Positions 9,849-22,922 of a stretch of 64,000 nucleotides of DNA are shown here, one piece after another. The first letter of the stretch is position 1. The number at the start of each line of letters is the position of its first letter. The notes beneath the pieces are model-generated. The model was not told where the DNA came from. It saw nothing but the letters and a program-made list of their open reading frames with translations, and ran no database searches. Source of the DNA: Utricularia gibba (lineage: Eukaryota > Plantae > Magnoliophyta); the NCBI GenBank assembly GCA_002189035.1, contig CM007989.1:7750001-7814000 (forward strand). Reading direction: 5' to 3'. A program made the translations under genes and the position numbers.

Positions 9849-10983
9849 CTATTTTTTCCTAAATTTTGGTATGGACTCCGTAGGATTATGCTCAGATAAT
9901 GCTGACCGATCGGTTGATTCATCGCCAGTATCATCTGCTTCTTCTTTTCTAACGTCATCAAAAGTTCTTTTCTTGGATGAACTTGGAGGAGGAGAAACTT
10001 CCTTGTCTTTTGTGCATTGATTTTCGATGTGTAGATTAGGAAAAAGAGGGGTTCACGACCGCTTAGCTGACAAAAGACTCTCTCAACTGTGTCACTTATT
10101 TCTTTCCCCAATCCTCTCTGGTCCAAGATTAGTTCCCACACTGATCTAGATGCCTTCTCCAGTACAGGAGCCCTGCATTAACGGTGGCGCTTGCAGTTAA
10201 AACCGTACCGCAATCGGAAAACAAGGGCAACATTGGGGAGCTATAGTTTCATAACCTACAGTTCGCATGAAAACCATGCTTTCACTAGAAATCAATGAGC
10301 AGTATCCATAAAGTTGCTTAGAGTGAAGTAACCAGAGGATAACATACTCAAGCTCTTGTCGAAGTGCATCGAACAACTCTCGCTTTGTCTGCTTTTCTGC
10401 ACCAGGTGTATTAAGCACCTTGCTCTGCTCCACCATCTTTATCGTGTTGTTTTTTAGCTCCTCCTGCGAAGCCCAACAATATATTTACTCAAAATAATCA
10501 GGAGCTGTCAACGACAACCACAGTAGCTGCATTATCCCCCATTTTCAAACAAAATACTTGATAATCTACATAACCAAAGAAGAAACATGGGTTATGCATG
10601 CCTAGCATTCCCATCATCCCTACTTACAGTTACAAAATCCATTCTGCAAATTATCAATCAAAATCTGGATTCCTATCCAAACTCATTCAGACAGCAGTTC
10701 CTCAAGTTGAAGCATGGTAACAAGATAAATAGCCTCACTTAACCAAAAACATCTCATCATTCATCACCAACCCAAAACTAAAAACGGGCATCAAATTGAT
10801 GAAAAATCAAACAGAAATCTGAAAACCAAAACACAGAACCCACAGCAAAACGGAACTAAAAAGGTAAGAAAAAACCCCCACATTCGCCTTAAGCTGATTG
10901 ATTATCTTGAGCCGGATGGCATCAACTGTACCATCATTCATAAGAGTTTCCAGCACGTCCTCCGGACTTATTGGAGATCCCAT
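9849..10983 (-). CDS. BOD1/Shg1 (COMPASS-associated)-domain protein, 3 exons, apparent 1-nt frameshift at about 10050
   Basis: Exons 10983-10882, 10463-10348 and 10172-9849. Sequence MGSPISPEDVLETLMNDGTVDAIRLKIINQLKAN|EELK...KRELFDALRQELE|APVLEKAS..VWELIL. A protein-like C-terminus (PLFP..SSSKKRTFDD..RKK*) appears only if one C is restored. Confidence 0.8.
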
Positions 10984-11343
10984 ATCTCAATCACCTCCCC
11001 TCCCAGTGGCGTCTACTCTAGATCCAGAAACTCATGAATATCATCGCCATATCGCCTTCTGACTTCTCGCCGTCACCTCGCTAGCGGATCTGAAGCGATT
11101 TTCAATTTCTACAGCAATTGAACGTCGACTGGCGCATCCCATTTTCTCTGAACACCGGTTTTGGAAACCCGACCCGCTTTTCGTTTTTATAATGGAGCCA
11201 ATTCAGCGGCCCACTCCCTGTGTGATCCATCACACGAACTGTATTTTAAACAATTTTTGGAAAATAAATTTATATTTATTTAACACGTTTTTTTTCATTG
11301 AAAATTATAAAAATTATCTTATTTTTTTGTAATATATAATTGA

Positions 11344-11365
11344 ATATATATATATATATATATAT
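11344..11365. repeat. (AT)n microsatellite
   Basis: Uninterrupted AT dinucleotide run. Confidence 0.9.
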
Positions 11366-11826
11366 TTATTTTGTATATAAATGTTTGATATATGAATATA
11401 AAATTTCAAGCATATGAATAATATAAATATAATTAATCACTTTTTCCATTTATTTATATCACTCACATACTTAAAAAATAAACGCATAAATAACATAATC
11501 ATACGATATCGATATAGATATATCAATTAATCAAATAACAATATGTAAACTTAATTACAAATCTTATATACTATACTAACAAATAATTTCAAAGAATTAT
11601 AGAAGAATAGACTTAAGTCAATATTAAAACACTTATATTAAAATATTAGACTGTTGATGAACATATGAATGTTGGCCTCTGTCACGTTAGAATTATAAAT
11701 TCAAGGAGAGCACACAGCAGGGGAACAAGTTCACTGGAAGAATGCAACAGTTAACATTCAACAGTGGGAACTCAAAATTTAGGGCAACCCAAGAGAGGGG
11801 AACACCATGCGCCATGAGATGGATAC

Positions 11827-11850
11827 CTGCACTGCACTGCACTGCACTGC
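11827..11850. repeat. (CTGCA)x~5 pentamer repeat downstream of the PP4R3 stop
   Basis: CTGCA x4 followed by CTGC. Confidence 0.9.
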
Positions 11851-12107
11851 TAAGTTACAACAGGAAGGAAATCTTAAAAGAGCCATCTAGACATGATGCA
11901 TAGATCTCATCTCTGTAGCAGATGAAATAGTGAAAAGCTGTTTGTTTGCTGATTGTGCTTGAGCAGGCCACCTACTTACTGTTGTATTCATCTTCTCTGT
12001 GGTGGCTTTTATCCTTCTGATGCCATGTAGGTTATGCTCACCTTCTGCGGTGGGAAAGCAGGTTGATCAGACAGGTGGTGGCCAAGAATTCCAATGCATA
12101 CCTTTAA

Positions 12108-15100
12108 CTACCGTAAAAGTAGACAAGAGCTGCTGCTGCTGCTGACAGCCATTTCAGGTGAGGAGTTTGGCGGCAGCAAGGAGCGGTCATCCCCCGCTTT
12201 AGTATCATCAGCAGACTCATTTATTTGGTCAATAAAGCTACGGGGTGACAAGGGATGCTCAGCTTCAAGCACTCTCGGGTCACCAGAATCAGTGGGCTGA
12301 CAAGTGAAGCTTGTTGGAGAAACAGCTTCCTTGTCTGGTTGGTTATCTACTTCTAAGCATCGCCTTTTGGTGGATCGGTTGTCTGTTTCTCCTGTTTTGC
12401 TCTCGCCATAACGGACACTGGAGCTTGTCTCTTCGATGGGAGGCGAGTTGGGTTCTGTGGTTTCTGCTTTTTTGCTGGGTAGCACTGCCTCACCAAGAGT
12501 TGAGCACAGGGCTGCAAAAACACCTTCTCGGGGCCTTGCAGACTTGGGAGCGCATTTTAACCTTTTTTGTTCCGGCTCCTCTGAAACTAATTTGCGTTTC
12601 AAAGGGAACTCTAGAAGTCCATCATCCTCTTGTGCGGCATTTGATTTTTTTGGAGGGGGTTTGTAGTCCTCATCGTCTTCATCGTCATCATAATCAACAA
12701 GACCACTGGACCTTCAGTTGCAATCGCCAATTCCCGTTAGGATTGTTCTCACTGAAGAAAATGTTAGAACTTAGAGCACCTCAGATACCTCAGTGGTGGG
12801 TTCGGTCCATTTACTCTCACAGATGACTCAGATGCACCAGAATTGGCATTGGATACATGTGCAGATGCTGAATCCTCCTCATCGCTGGACAAGAAAATGT
12901 GTACGCCCAGAATGACTGAATTGATTGACAAGAGATTTTCGAAAATGCATAAAAAAAATGCAAAGAAAATCAAAACAGGAACCTGTCTTCATTGAAATAG
13001 TCCTCCTCCTCTTTCTCCATAGCCCGCTCATCATGCCGCTTCCTCTGTTCTACAAAAGTAGTTGTTCTTGTACCAGCAACCTCTAACAACTGAGAATGCA
13101 TGATGTGTCAAAGAAAAAAAAAGCAAGGATCATGTAAGCATGATGAATCTTACCTGTTCGTGTTTAACTTTTAATGCATAAATTGAAGGTAATTTTTCAA
13201 ATTTGGAAAGCTGATCCCAGAAAGTATCGACTAGGTAGCGGAGCAACACTTTCAAATTGTCCTGCAGAACAATTTTCAGATGAGACATTAAGGGGGAGCC
13301 AGTAAAGATAAATATGTGAAACAATGAAGTCATTGAAGGATTCTAAAAATGGAGCACCTTTCTCACGTACTCAAAGAGCTCAAGGATAGCAGAATTCAGA
13401 AGGTTATACCGATCACCATTTGCAACAAATGTTTCTACAATTGGCTTAAATATATTGTTTCTGGCAATGTGATTCATTAAGTGCTCATCCTGCAGATGCC
13501 CATCCAGAAATAATGATGAAATCGCAAAACGATACTTATTTTCATTGGACACAGGCGTACAAAAACTTACACTGCGAGAAACAAGAGCCCTCACAAATCG
13601 AATGGCAGCAAGTACGAGATACTTTTCTCTTCTTCTCGTCAAATACAAAACTTTTTCAATAGCATTGTTAAGGAGAAAACCACACCTGCATTTACGAAAA
13701 ATACATATATTGTCAAAATATGACTAAGAGTTGTTTCACCAGATGTACCAGTTAACAGGTTGAATTAAATTACTTTATCCAGTAAGGGTGCTGTAAAACG
13801 CAAAAGCATAGCAGATCACAGACGTTCAACAGTATTTCAGGCTTTACACCCCCTCTTCTCCTTGATCCCTCACCCAAAGACATAGGTGTACACTCATTGT
13901 CACCTTCGCTTTTTCGAAGGCATGATGACGTTATCGCATCAATTAGTTGGCCTAAGTGCTTATCATAAAAAATCTCCACCACATTTTCCTTCTGAAAGAG
14001 AATTGAAGTAATGAAGATCTCATTAAAGCAGCAAAATATAATCAAACAAGTGCCACATAACTACCAATGCCTAAAAACATGAAAAAATAAGAGAAGACAA
14101 AAAAAAAAATGCAGAGACTACACGTGTGCTTTCAAGTGGACATTGTAAACATTTTCAACCTAAGTTTTGCAAGATTAACATACTAGTGGTCCTTGTGTCA
14201 TTGGATCCAAAAGACTGCGAAGAATTTCAACATATTGGCAATGCATATCATCCCCAAAATCTCTGAGCATATTTGTCACCTGAAGAACAAGTTTGAATGT
14301 TACATTTCGTATTTGAACACAGCCCGAAGAAAAAGTCACCAACATTGTCACAATACTTGCAGAAGCACATAAAACTCAATTTTCTATATGACTGTGAAAG
14401 AAACGTTTTCTCCTTCAAGAAATTCAATTTCAACAATATTCACTAGAAGAAAGCACATGTACCAGTAACGGGTCATGTGTTCTTGAAAATGTGATGATCA
14501 ATATCAGAACAGGGTCGACACTTTGTGTTTACCCATAAATAACATCCAACTTCGCTAACGATTTTCCCATACAAACATCAATCAAATGCATTGTCTCCAC
14601 AAAAAATTCAAACAGTGACAGAAATCTCATAATACAGGAAAAATTCATTCTAAGCTGATAAAGCTAAAGATTTGATTCACTCACCAGCAACCCAAAAAGC
14701 CCAACTTCCTGCCTAGTTACATAAGAACGCAAGATATTGGGATCCAGACTTTGGTAAAGAATGAGAATGTCTGTTCTGAAACCATTAAAAATTAAATTAC
14801 GTTGATTAGCGATAGATTAACCATAGCATCATTAACAAAAGTATCATTGGAAATATTAATTAATTTCCTTACCCTTTCAAAACAAGATTATGGTCATCAC
14901 TTTGCAAAATGTCCGATATGATGTCAAAAATGCCTTCAGTAACGAGATCCCTGCATAAACATTATCACACCTCCCATTAAATGAGATGATTTGGGTCAAA
15001 CACCTGACTGGTAAACGCAAGGAAGCTGGTACACAAAAAGCACCTGAAAAGGCGGTGTTGGCTCGTCATCTGCAGGCTCTTACTTAGGGTGCAGAACTCG

Positions 15101-18100
15101 TGCAAAAAAAACACCTGTTTCACATCAAAAGAACTACCATTTTGATGAAAAAAGATATACAACACACTTTGTTAACTTTTCCATGCAAATATTCACAACT
15201 TTTGCATTGTAAATATCAATTGTATAGATAATCGCATTGTAACACCAACATTAAAAGCACTAAAATATACATGAAAATTCAAACAATACAACTTACCAAA
15301 TTCTTCTTGGACTCCTCAGTGATGGACAGAGACTTAAGCCTAGCAAACAATTCCTTAATAAAAGTGCTGTCATCTTTTAGCAAAGAAACAACCTTCAACA
15401 AATAGAGCATCAGAACAAGGATCATTCAAAGAGGAACACAGAGAAACAAAGGTGAATCTTACAACAACATTATTTGAGTGTATAATGGAATTGATATTTG
15501 CAATTGTGCCTTCATCCAATGCATTTGGCAAAATAACATCCTGACAATATAAAAGCATTGATTTCATTATGCCCAAGAACTATCACTAGAAAAACGTGAA
15601 TTTCAGTTAGGAATTAGAATTTTTACCTTCAGATAACCAAGCCTGTAATTTTGATGGATCTTTGAGAGAGCAAGAGGATTTTTAATAGGTATTGCCTGAG
15701 GATACAAAAATATCATGTTTAGAAAGAAGTGCAATCAATCAGAATTCCAGAAAAATACAACCCTATAGGTCAGCATGGGGCTGCAACACAATGTTCCCAA
15801 TAATTTGACATAAGCAGAGATAGCATGGAAAGTAAGTTTAACCTCCTTAAAAACCACATGCTCTTTCAAAAAGTTACGATGACGGGTTTGGGTTGACTCT
15901 GGATCATCTGTATAAAGCCAAAAAGCATCCAAAATTATTAACGAAAAAGAAGCACAAAATTAAAAAGTTTGCACTAGCATACATATAACTGAATAGTAAG
16001 CAACAAGGTATATCCATAACAGATCAAACATAGAATGAAGCAAATTAAGAACAGCAATGATCAGAGGAAAGAAAAATAGAGACAAGCATGAACTACTTCC
16101 AGATTAGGCCTATAGTTTCTTTACAAGTAAGTAAGAGCAACATTTACAAGCCAATGCATGTTAACAAATGAATGACTACCAAAGCGACCAAGAAAACCCA
16201 TTTAGAATTCAGGAAGTAATGAGAAAAAAAAAATCCACATGAAATAAACGAATAAAAGACTAGAAAAACAACATGATATAAATAAAGAATCCTTAAGAGA
16301 GAGCGCGAAAGAGGGGAAAAGTGTAAGAGTCATACACTCTAGGCATCCAATTATATCAATCATCAAATCATCCCCAAATATTTTCTCGAAGACAGGAGAG
16401 CTGTTTAATAAGACTGCAAATCCGGGAAGAAAAAAGATGCATTAATTCGAAAAAATTGACCAAAATTCCTTAACATCGACTAAGACTGTGATGCTACTCA
16501 CTGATTCCTTTGACAATTTTGAAAATTAAGTGCAGCCCATCTATGTCTTTCAGATCTTCACATATTCTAAACAGTTCCATCAGCTTCTTGAAAAAATCCT
16601 GCTGCATTAGAAGTGCAAACCTATAATTCCAAGCATAACACAATCTTTCTTCTTTAAAAGATAAAAGGTCTATGGCTCCAAAAAAAAAAAATATAAAAAT
16701 ATAAGCAATAGACATTGAAAAATATTAAACTCCTAAGAGCCATCTGAAATGAACGCTATTTCAGGATCAACATAATGTGCTCGAAACTACACAAAATTAC
16801 CTCCACGATTCTTGTTATTGTAGGACAGTCACTTGCAACACATGCATATAAGGAATAAAATACATTATCAAGATGTGAAGTATAAGGAGTTCTTACATCC
16901 TTCAATATAAGTTCAGTTACTCGTGATGGATCAGCACTGCCATTTTCAACAATCTGCATATGAATAGAGGTACGAAGGGAATAAAAAAAGTATGAAATGA
17001 AAATCAGGTCTTGACGAAGTGTGCAGTAAGAGATAAAAGGAGAATCAGAAAATATTATATGAAGAGGGGTCAGATCAACAGAAATTAGAATCATTTAGAT
17101 TCTCAAAAAGAATGAGGGAGGTAGCTAATCAGCTTTTACCTTCAGAATGAGGGAGAGAGTTGGAAGTTCAACGGGAGGTAACTCAATCAGCTCATTACTG
17201 ACATTGTTAAACGTTTCATCTGAAGAATTTAAATAATGGAAACGTCAGCAACTATAATATCATGGAGAGATGAACCAGGATAAATGCGCAATCCTGAGGC
17301 ATCCACACTGACATGTTTACAAACAACAATAGTAATCGGGAAGACTCACATTGGCTACGTTGGTTTCATGTTTGAAACGCGCAAAAAATTTAAAATCCAG
17401 CATGAAAGTAATATTTCATTATGAAAGATTGAAAAACTCCAAAACAGGAGCGAGATCCAACAAATTGGATTCACTGAGGAGAGAGAAAATCGGAAAGAGC
17501 ATGAAGGACAGATGCTGCATCAGTGACAAAAATGGAGGAACTTACTGGAAAGAGAGTTAAAATGCATGTTCCTCTGCAGATTACAAATGTGGTCCCTGTA
17601 CAAAATCAGAGAAAAAGGCAGGATTGAGCAAAAACTCCAAAGCAACATCACGCAGATTCCCCATAAACACTAAAGGAAAGAAAAACACTAGATACTTGCC
17701 ATATATATGCGCAACCAGTTGTCTCTTGGAAACTAAGGGCCAATTCTGTTGCGTATTCTGGATCATTCCATGAAATAATTGTGTCTGATGACACAAAACG
17801 AATAAGGTATATACACAACTGCAAATAATAATAAATACATATAACATATATATCAGACTAAAACCATATACCTTCTTGCTTGTGATATATATCATCTGAG
17901 CTGATGCGGTGCAAAAGTAGTGTTTCCTTATCCTCTTCGTCAATAACAAACAAAGCCAGGTCTTCTGATCTCTGCTTCACGTCACATTGAATTAAATGTA
18001 TACACAAAAAAAGTAGCAATTGTATCAACATGTGTGTGGGATACTGAAAATGAACACGGAGTTTAAACCTCTAAATAATCGACTGTGACATGGCCAGTTC

Positions 18101-18522
18101 CTTGATCATCCCATTTCCCATCCTCATTCAGGCGGTATACATTCACGCGCTGAAGGTGTGATTAACACATATCCATTAAAAAACAAAACATGAATCATAA
18201 TCCGCTTGATTCATTGGGTGCACAGAGACAGAATTGAGAAAAGACACCCCGGCCATAGTATGTTTCACGGCTTTACTTGTAGATTAAAAGGTTATAAAAA
18301 ACAACTTCAAGACTTGAAATACCCTTCGGCCTAGTATGATAAAAGACAGCACATTCAAACAAATAATTGACTTAGCACGACACAGAAAACAATTGAATGA
18401 ACATTCGAAACCAAAAAGTCACAAAATTAATGAACTCAATCACAGACTTCTCTTCTGCTCATATAAAATACACTCACCCGCATGGAATTGCTGGAATTCG
18501 GAAACTTATCGTGCAGACCCAT
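12108..18522 (-). CDS. PSY2L: Protein phosphatase 4 regulatory subunit 3 (PP4R3/SMEK/PSY2-like), about 24 exons
   Basis: First exon 18522-18478 ([15 protein letters not shown]), then the EVH1-like [21 protein letters not shown] and ELALSFQE, then DUF625/SMK-1 exons, [18 protein letters not shown], and an acidic tail [14 protein letters not shown] traced the exon phases as consistent. Confidence 0.96.
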
Positions 18523-18621
18523 GCACAATGAGCCACAGAAAGAGCCAAGTCTCGGGATTCTCTACTCTCACCGCAGATTACTAAACACTAAAGTTGAATC
18601 ATCAAGCCTCTGAAACCATAA

Positions 18622-18712
18622 TTAGGGTTTTCAAAGACCACTAGACGAATTTCCAAGGAGGATAATCAAAATCGAACACGCGTTCCTTCCTCCCGAACCG
18701 CAGAAACCCTAA
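18622..18712. promoter_or_regulatory. Two oppositely oriented telo-boxes in the PSY2L leader / PSY2L-LPD divergent region
   Basis: TTAGGGTTT at 18622-18630 and AAACCCTAA at 18704-18712. Confidence 0.6.
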
Positions 18713-19009
18713 GCCCAACTACACGGTAGCGAGCTCATTCATCCCTCTCCTTCGCCCACCTGTTGCTTCTTGCGCTGCTCTATCGCCGATTTTTTTTTAT
18801 TCTTTTTCTTTTTCCAGTATGATTAATAGGCCAGCGCCAAGATGGAAATTACGGAATTGCCACTAACGCCCTCACGCGCTTCCCATCCACGTAGTCAAAG
18901 TCGTTGCCTTTTCCAGTCAAGTCACACCATTTCCGCCACGTCAGCTTGTAGTTTTCATAAGCCAAATCGAGTACCCTTTCACACACTTTTTTCACTTTGA
19001 GATTCTGCG

Positions 19010-22000
19010 ATGCTTGCCTCGGTATCATCGATCCCCACACTGCATTCCTCGCGATTCTCTGTTATCTCGCCGGATTCGAGTCTCCGGTCGGGCGGCTTTT
19101 GTAAGGCTGCAGTAGGACGTCTCCCGGGGTCGCTCTTTTGGAATCGAGAGTGTCCATGGATCAGAATTGCTTCGAGGAAGTATGAATACCGGCGGCGGTC
19201 ATCTTCCGTTGCTGTTTTTTCAATCGCCGGAAACGGAAATGGAAGCCCCGCTGCCGCCGTTCCCAGTGTGGGTGATTATGATTATGATCTTATCATCATT
19301 GGAGCTGGAGTCGGAGGTCATGGAGCTGCTCTGCACGCCGTTGAGAAGGTAAGATCTTTGATTTGGTTTATTAGGTACATTCTTTGAGCTGAAATCGCGC
19401 TGAATGTACTTTTACTATTTGGTTTATTCGGTACATTATGATCTTGAGGGTATCAATGATATCCACTGATGCGCTTTTTACTATTTTCTGGTTCGCTGTC
19501 GACTTCGTGTTGACTTGATTGTTTTAGAATTTAGAACTAAGATAAATCAATGTTAATCCAAAGATGTGTCCATTCTTTAGCTGAAATCGCGCTGAATTGT
19601 GTTGGAATATTGTACGATCTATGTCAAATTTGCTTTCTCTGAGGGGCAAGGATATTAACTGAACCTGTACGTTTAGCCTGGATTTTGAGCTTGATATTTT
19701 TCTAATCAAACTTTTAAGAGTTTTCGAATACCTTTGGACCTTTAATCTTGATATTTTAAGTTGAGAAACAGAGATTCCAACACTTCATTGAGTGTTTCAT
19801 AGTTCTTCTTGTACCATGCCTACTAAAAAATAACCTTCATTTATACCTAAATGCTGCGAGATTTGATCCCTGTAAAGCGGCAAAATGTTTTTTATTCAGG
19901 GTCTTAAAACAGCCATTATTGAAGGTGATGTTATGGGTGGAACCTGTGTAAATAGGGGATGTGTTCCATCTAAAGCCCTACTAGCAGTAAGTGGAAGGAT
20001 GCGCGAACTTCAGAATGAGCATCACCTGAAAACATTTGGTTTGCAGGTGCACACGCCACTCTAGTTTCGTTTGATCGTGAGTTTTTGTATGCAAAGTGTT
20101 ATATTCATTTGTTGCTATAATGGTAGGTTGAAGCTGCTGGTTACGACCGACAAGCAGTAGCCAACCACGCTAGTAATCTTGCTTCAAAAATACGATCAAA
20201 TCTGACTAATTCCCTGAAAGCCCTTGGTGTAGATATTTTGACTGGATTTGGCACTATTTTGGTAATCTCTCTTTTTCCTTTTTTCATATGCAAGTCATCT
20301 CCAATACATTTCACGAGAATCTTGTATGGTGGTTACTATGTTCGTTGAAGTATTTAATTTCATGCCGTTGCTCATTCTGTAGTAAATTCTGTCAAATTAT
20401 ATCAGGGTCCTCAAAAGGTCAAGTACGGGAAGAGTTCCGAGAATGTGGTTACTGCAAAAGACATAATTATTGCTACTGGCTCAGTTCCTTTTGTCCCCAG
20501 GGGGATTGAAGTCGATGGTATATCAGTAGATAGTCCTATTTATTGATTCTCCCTAGGAGTAGAAACGAACATATGCAGTTGTCTCATTGGCATTCAGTTT
20601 TCCTTACAAGATGTTGACTTCTAGTTGTTTCTTTACTCAAATCTGCAGGGAAGACAGTAATTACGAGTGATCATGCTCTTAAGTTGGAGTCTGTTCCAGA
20701 TTGGATAGCAATTGTTGGAAGTGGTTATATTGGGCTTGAGTTCAGTGACGTGTACACTGCTCTTGGCAGTGAGGTCTGCATCTGACTATTTATTCCTTCA
20801 ACCTTTTCAAACATGATTCCGTGTTTCATGAAACTAGTATAAATGTCTCAGTAGGAAAAACAGTGATGCACCTTTGTCACCGAATTTGTAGTCTATATGG
20901 CGCTTTTGATTTCATTTACCGTGTATCATGTATGATCTTTCAGTCCATGCCCCCCTGACACCATTGCTGTATGCACATGATTCAACTAATCACTGGATAT
21001 TTTTTCAATAGGTTACATTTATTGAAGCTCTTGATCAACTAATGCCTGGATTTGATCCTGAGATAGGCAAGTTAGCACAAAGAGTTCTGATAAATCCACG
21101 GAAGATTGACTATCATACAGGAGTGTTTGCCAGCAAGGTATTCAATTAGTTTCCGTTGTAATTGCGAAAATTCATGATAAACATAAGTTCTTGGATCCTA
21201 TTAAAGGTTACCCCTGCAAAAGATGGGAAGCCTGTTACCATTGAGCTTATTGACGCCAAGACGAAAGAACCAAAAGATATATTGGAGGTATCAGTGTTCT
21301 TTCAAATTTACATTATTCGTCCCTGTTACCTCCAGCATGAGTAAATATTTTACTTGTTCGGGCTGTAACTCCTGCAGGTTGATGCAGCACTAATTGCAAC
21401 AGGAAGGGCTCCGTTCACCGAAGGCCTGGGATTAGAGAATGTAAGTATATTATGTAAACATGGGTTAGATTGTGCACTTTATCTGGTTTGCTCCACCATG
21501 TCTGATAGTTACATGAAAACAGAGAAGGGTTTATGTTTATTCTTAGACACTGATCTTAAATGCTACCAATATGATAGAAATAACCCTGCCTACTAATGGT
21601 TGGTCTCCGCCTGTTTCACTAAATACATGGAAACGTTTTTTATCGTCTTGCAGATCAATGTAATCACACAGAGAGGTTTCGTCCCTGTTGATGAGAAAAT
21701 GCGAGTCATAGATGCAGATGGAAACATGGTTCAAAGATACTCTTTTGCATCTCTTGATTTATGATGACATCTTATAGCTCTTAATACGGCAATTCCAACA
21801 TCAGGTTCCTCACTTATATTGCATTGGTGATGCAAATGGAAAAATGATGCTTGCACATGCAGCAAGTGCTCAAGGCATTTCTGGTAGGCTCGTCTTTTTG
21901 CAGTCAGCTAATGAACGTTATTCCCCTCTTTAGGCAACTAAGCTTCCTTGTATTTGCATCTTACAAGCAATTTATCATTCTTTCTCTTCTTACAGTTGTA

Positions 22001-22922
22001 GAACAGCTTACAGGAAAAGATCATATTCTTAATCATTTAAGCATTCCAGCAGCATGTTTCACTCACCCAGAGATCAGTATGGTTGGGTTAACTGAGGTTT
22101 GCACATTTACATCACCAGGAGTTAACTGAGGTTTTCTAAGTAACCTCTTTTCATGATCGAAGAATTATTCCCTCTTGTTTGTTTCGCTTTCCAGCCGCAG
22201 GCAAGAGAGAAGGCTGAAAAAGAAGGCTTCGAGATCAGCATTGCTAAAACAAGTTTTAAGGCCAACACCAAAGCCCTGGCTGAAAATGAAGGGGAAGGAC
22301 TTGCAAAGGTTTCATCTCTCGATTCATCTACTTGCTTCCTCGTCTAAAATTCCATTGGAAAGTATCTCACTCACAGGAACATCCAAAATCATTCGGTAAA
22401 CTGACAACGATTCCCCACCTCTCGCAGTTGATATATCGACCTGACACCGGCGAGATACTTGGAGTCCATATATTAGGATTGCACGCTGCAGACCTCATAC
22501 ATGAAGCATCAAACGCCATAGCATTAGGCACTCCCATTCAGGTATTCAGAATGTTATCTGCTGTTCTATTTCTCCTCTTCCTGTACAACATCAAGCAAAC
22601 GAATATGATCCTGTCGTTAACCCACAGGACATCAAATTTGCTGTTCATGCGCATCCCACCTTGTCCGAAGTTCTCGACGAGCTATACAAACTAGCCAAGG
22701 TAAGCTGTTAGGGCCTCACCTTCAAAAAGAAGTTATTACCATTCGTATAAGTTGTTTCACTACCGTTGTGATCTGCAATGCACGCAGTCCGAGATGATGA
22801 GTAGTTTCAAACAAGCTCATTACTTGCTACACCTGGTATCAGATTTGGAATTGTGTTCCCTGCAGGTGAATGTTAACACCAGAACTGCAGATGCACCAGT
22901 CAGGGAAGCGGTAGCAGCTTAG
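19010..22922 (+). CDS. LPD: Plastidial dihydrolipoamide dehydrogenase (E3 of plastid PDC), 15 exons
   Basis: Ser/Arg-rich transit peptide, FAD motif [16 protein letters not shown], redox [16 protein letters not shown] motif [10 protein letters not shown] and HAHPTLSE. Last exon is 22866-22922. Confidence 0.97.

Noticed and set aside
11780-11800. TAGGGCAAC resembling the IPS1/At4 miR399 target mimic
   Set aside because: The second half (TCCTTTGGCA) is absent.
13490-13570. Stop-free 3n introns (also 46700-46792 and 56885-56968) that let ORFs run through introns
   Set aside because: A handful is expected by chance among roughly 100 short introns, and the encoded inserts are not protein-like.
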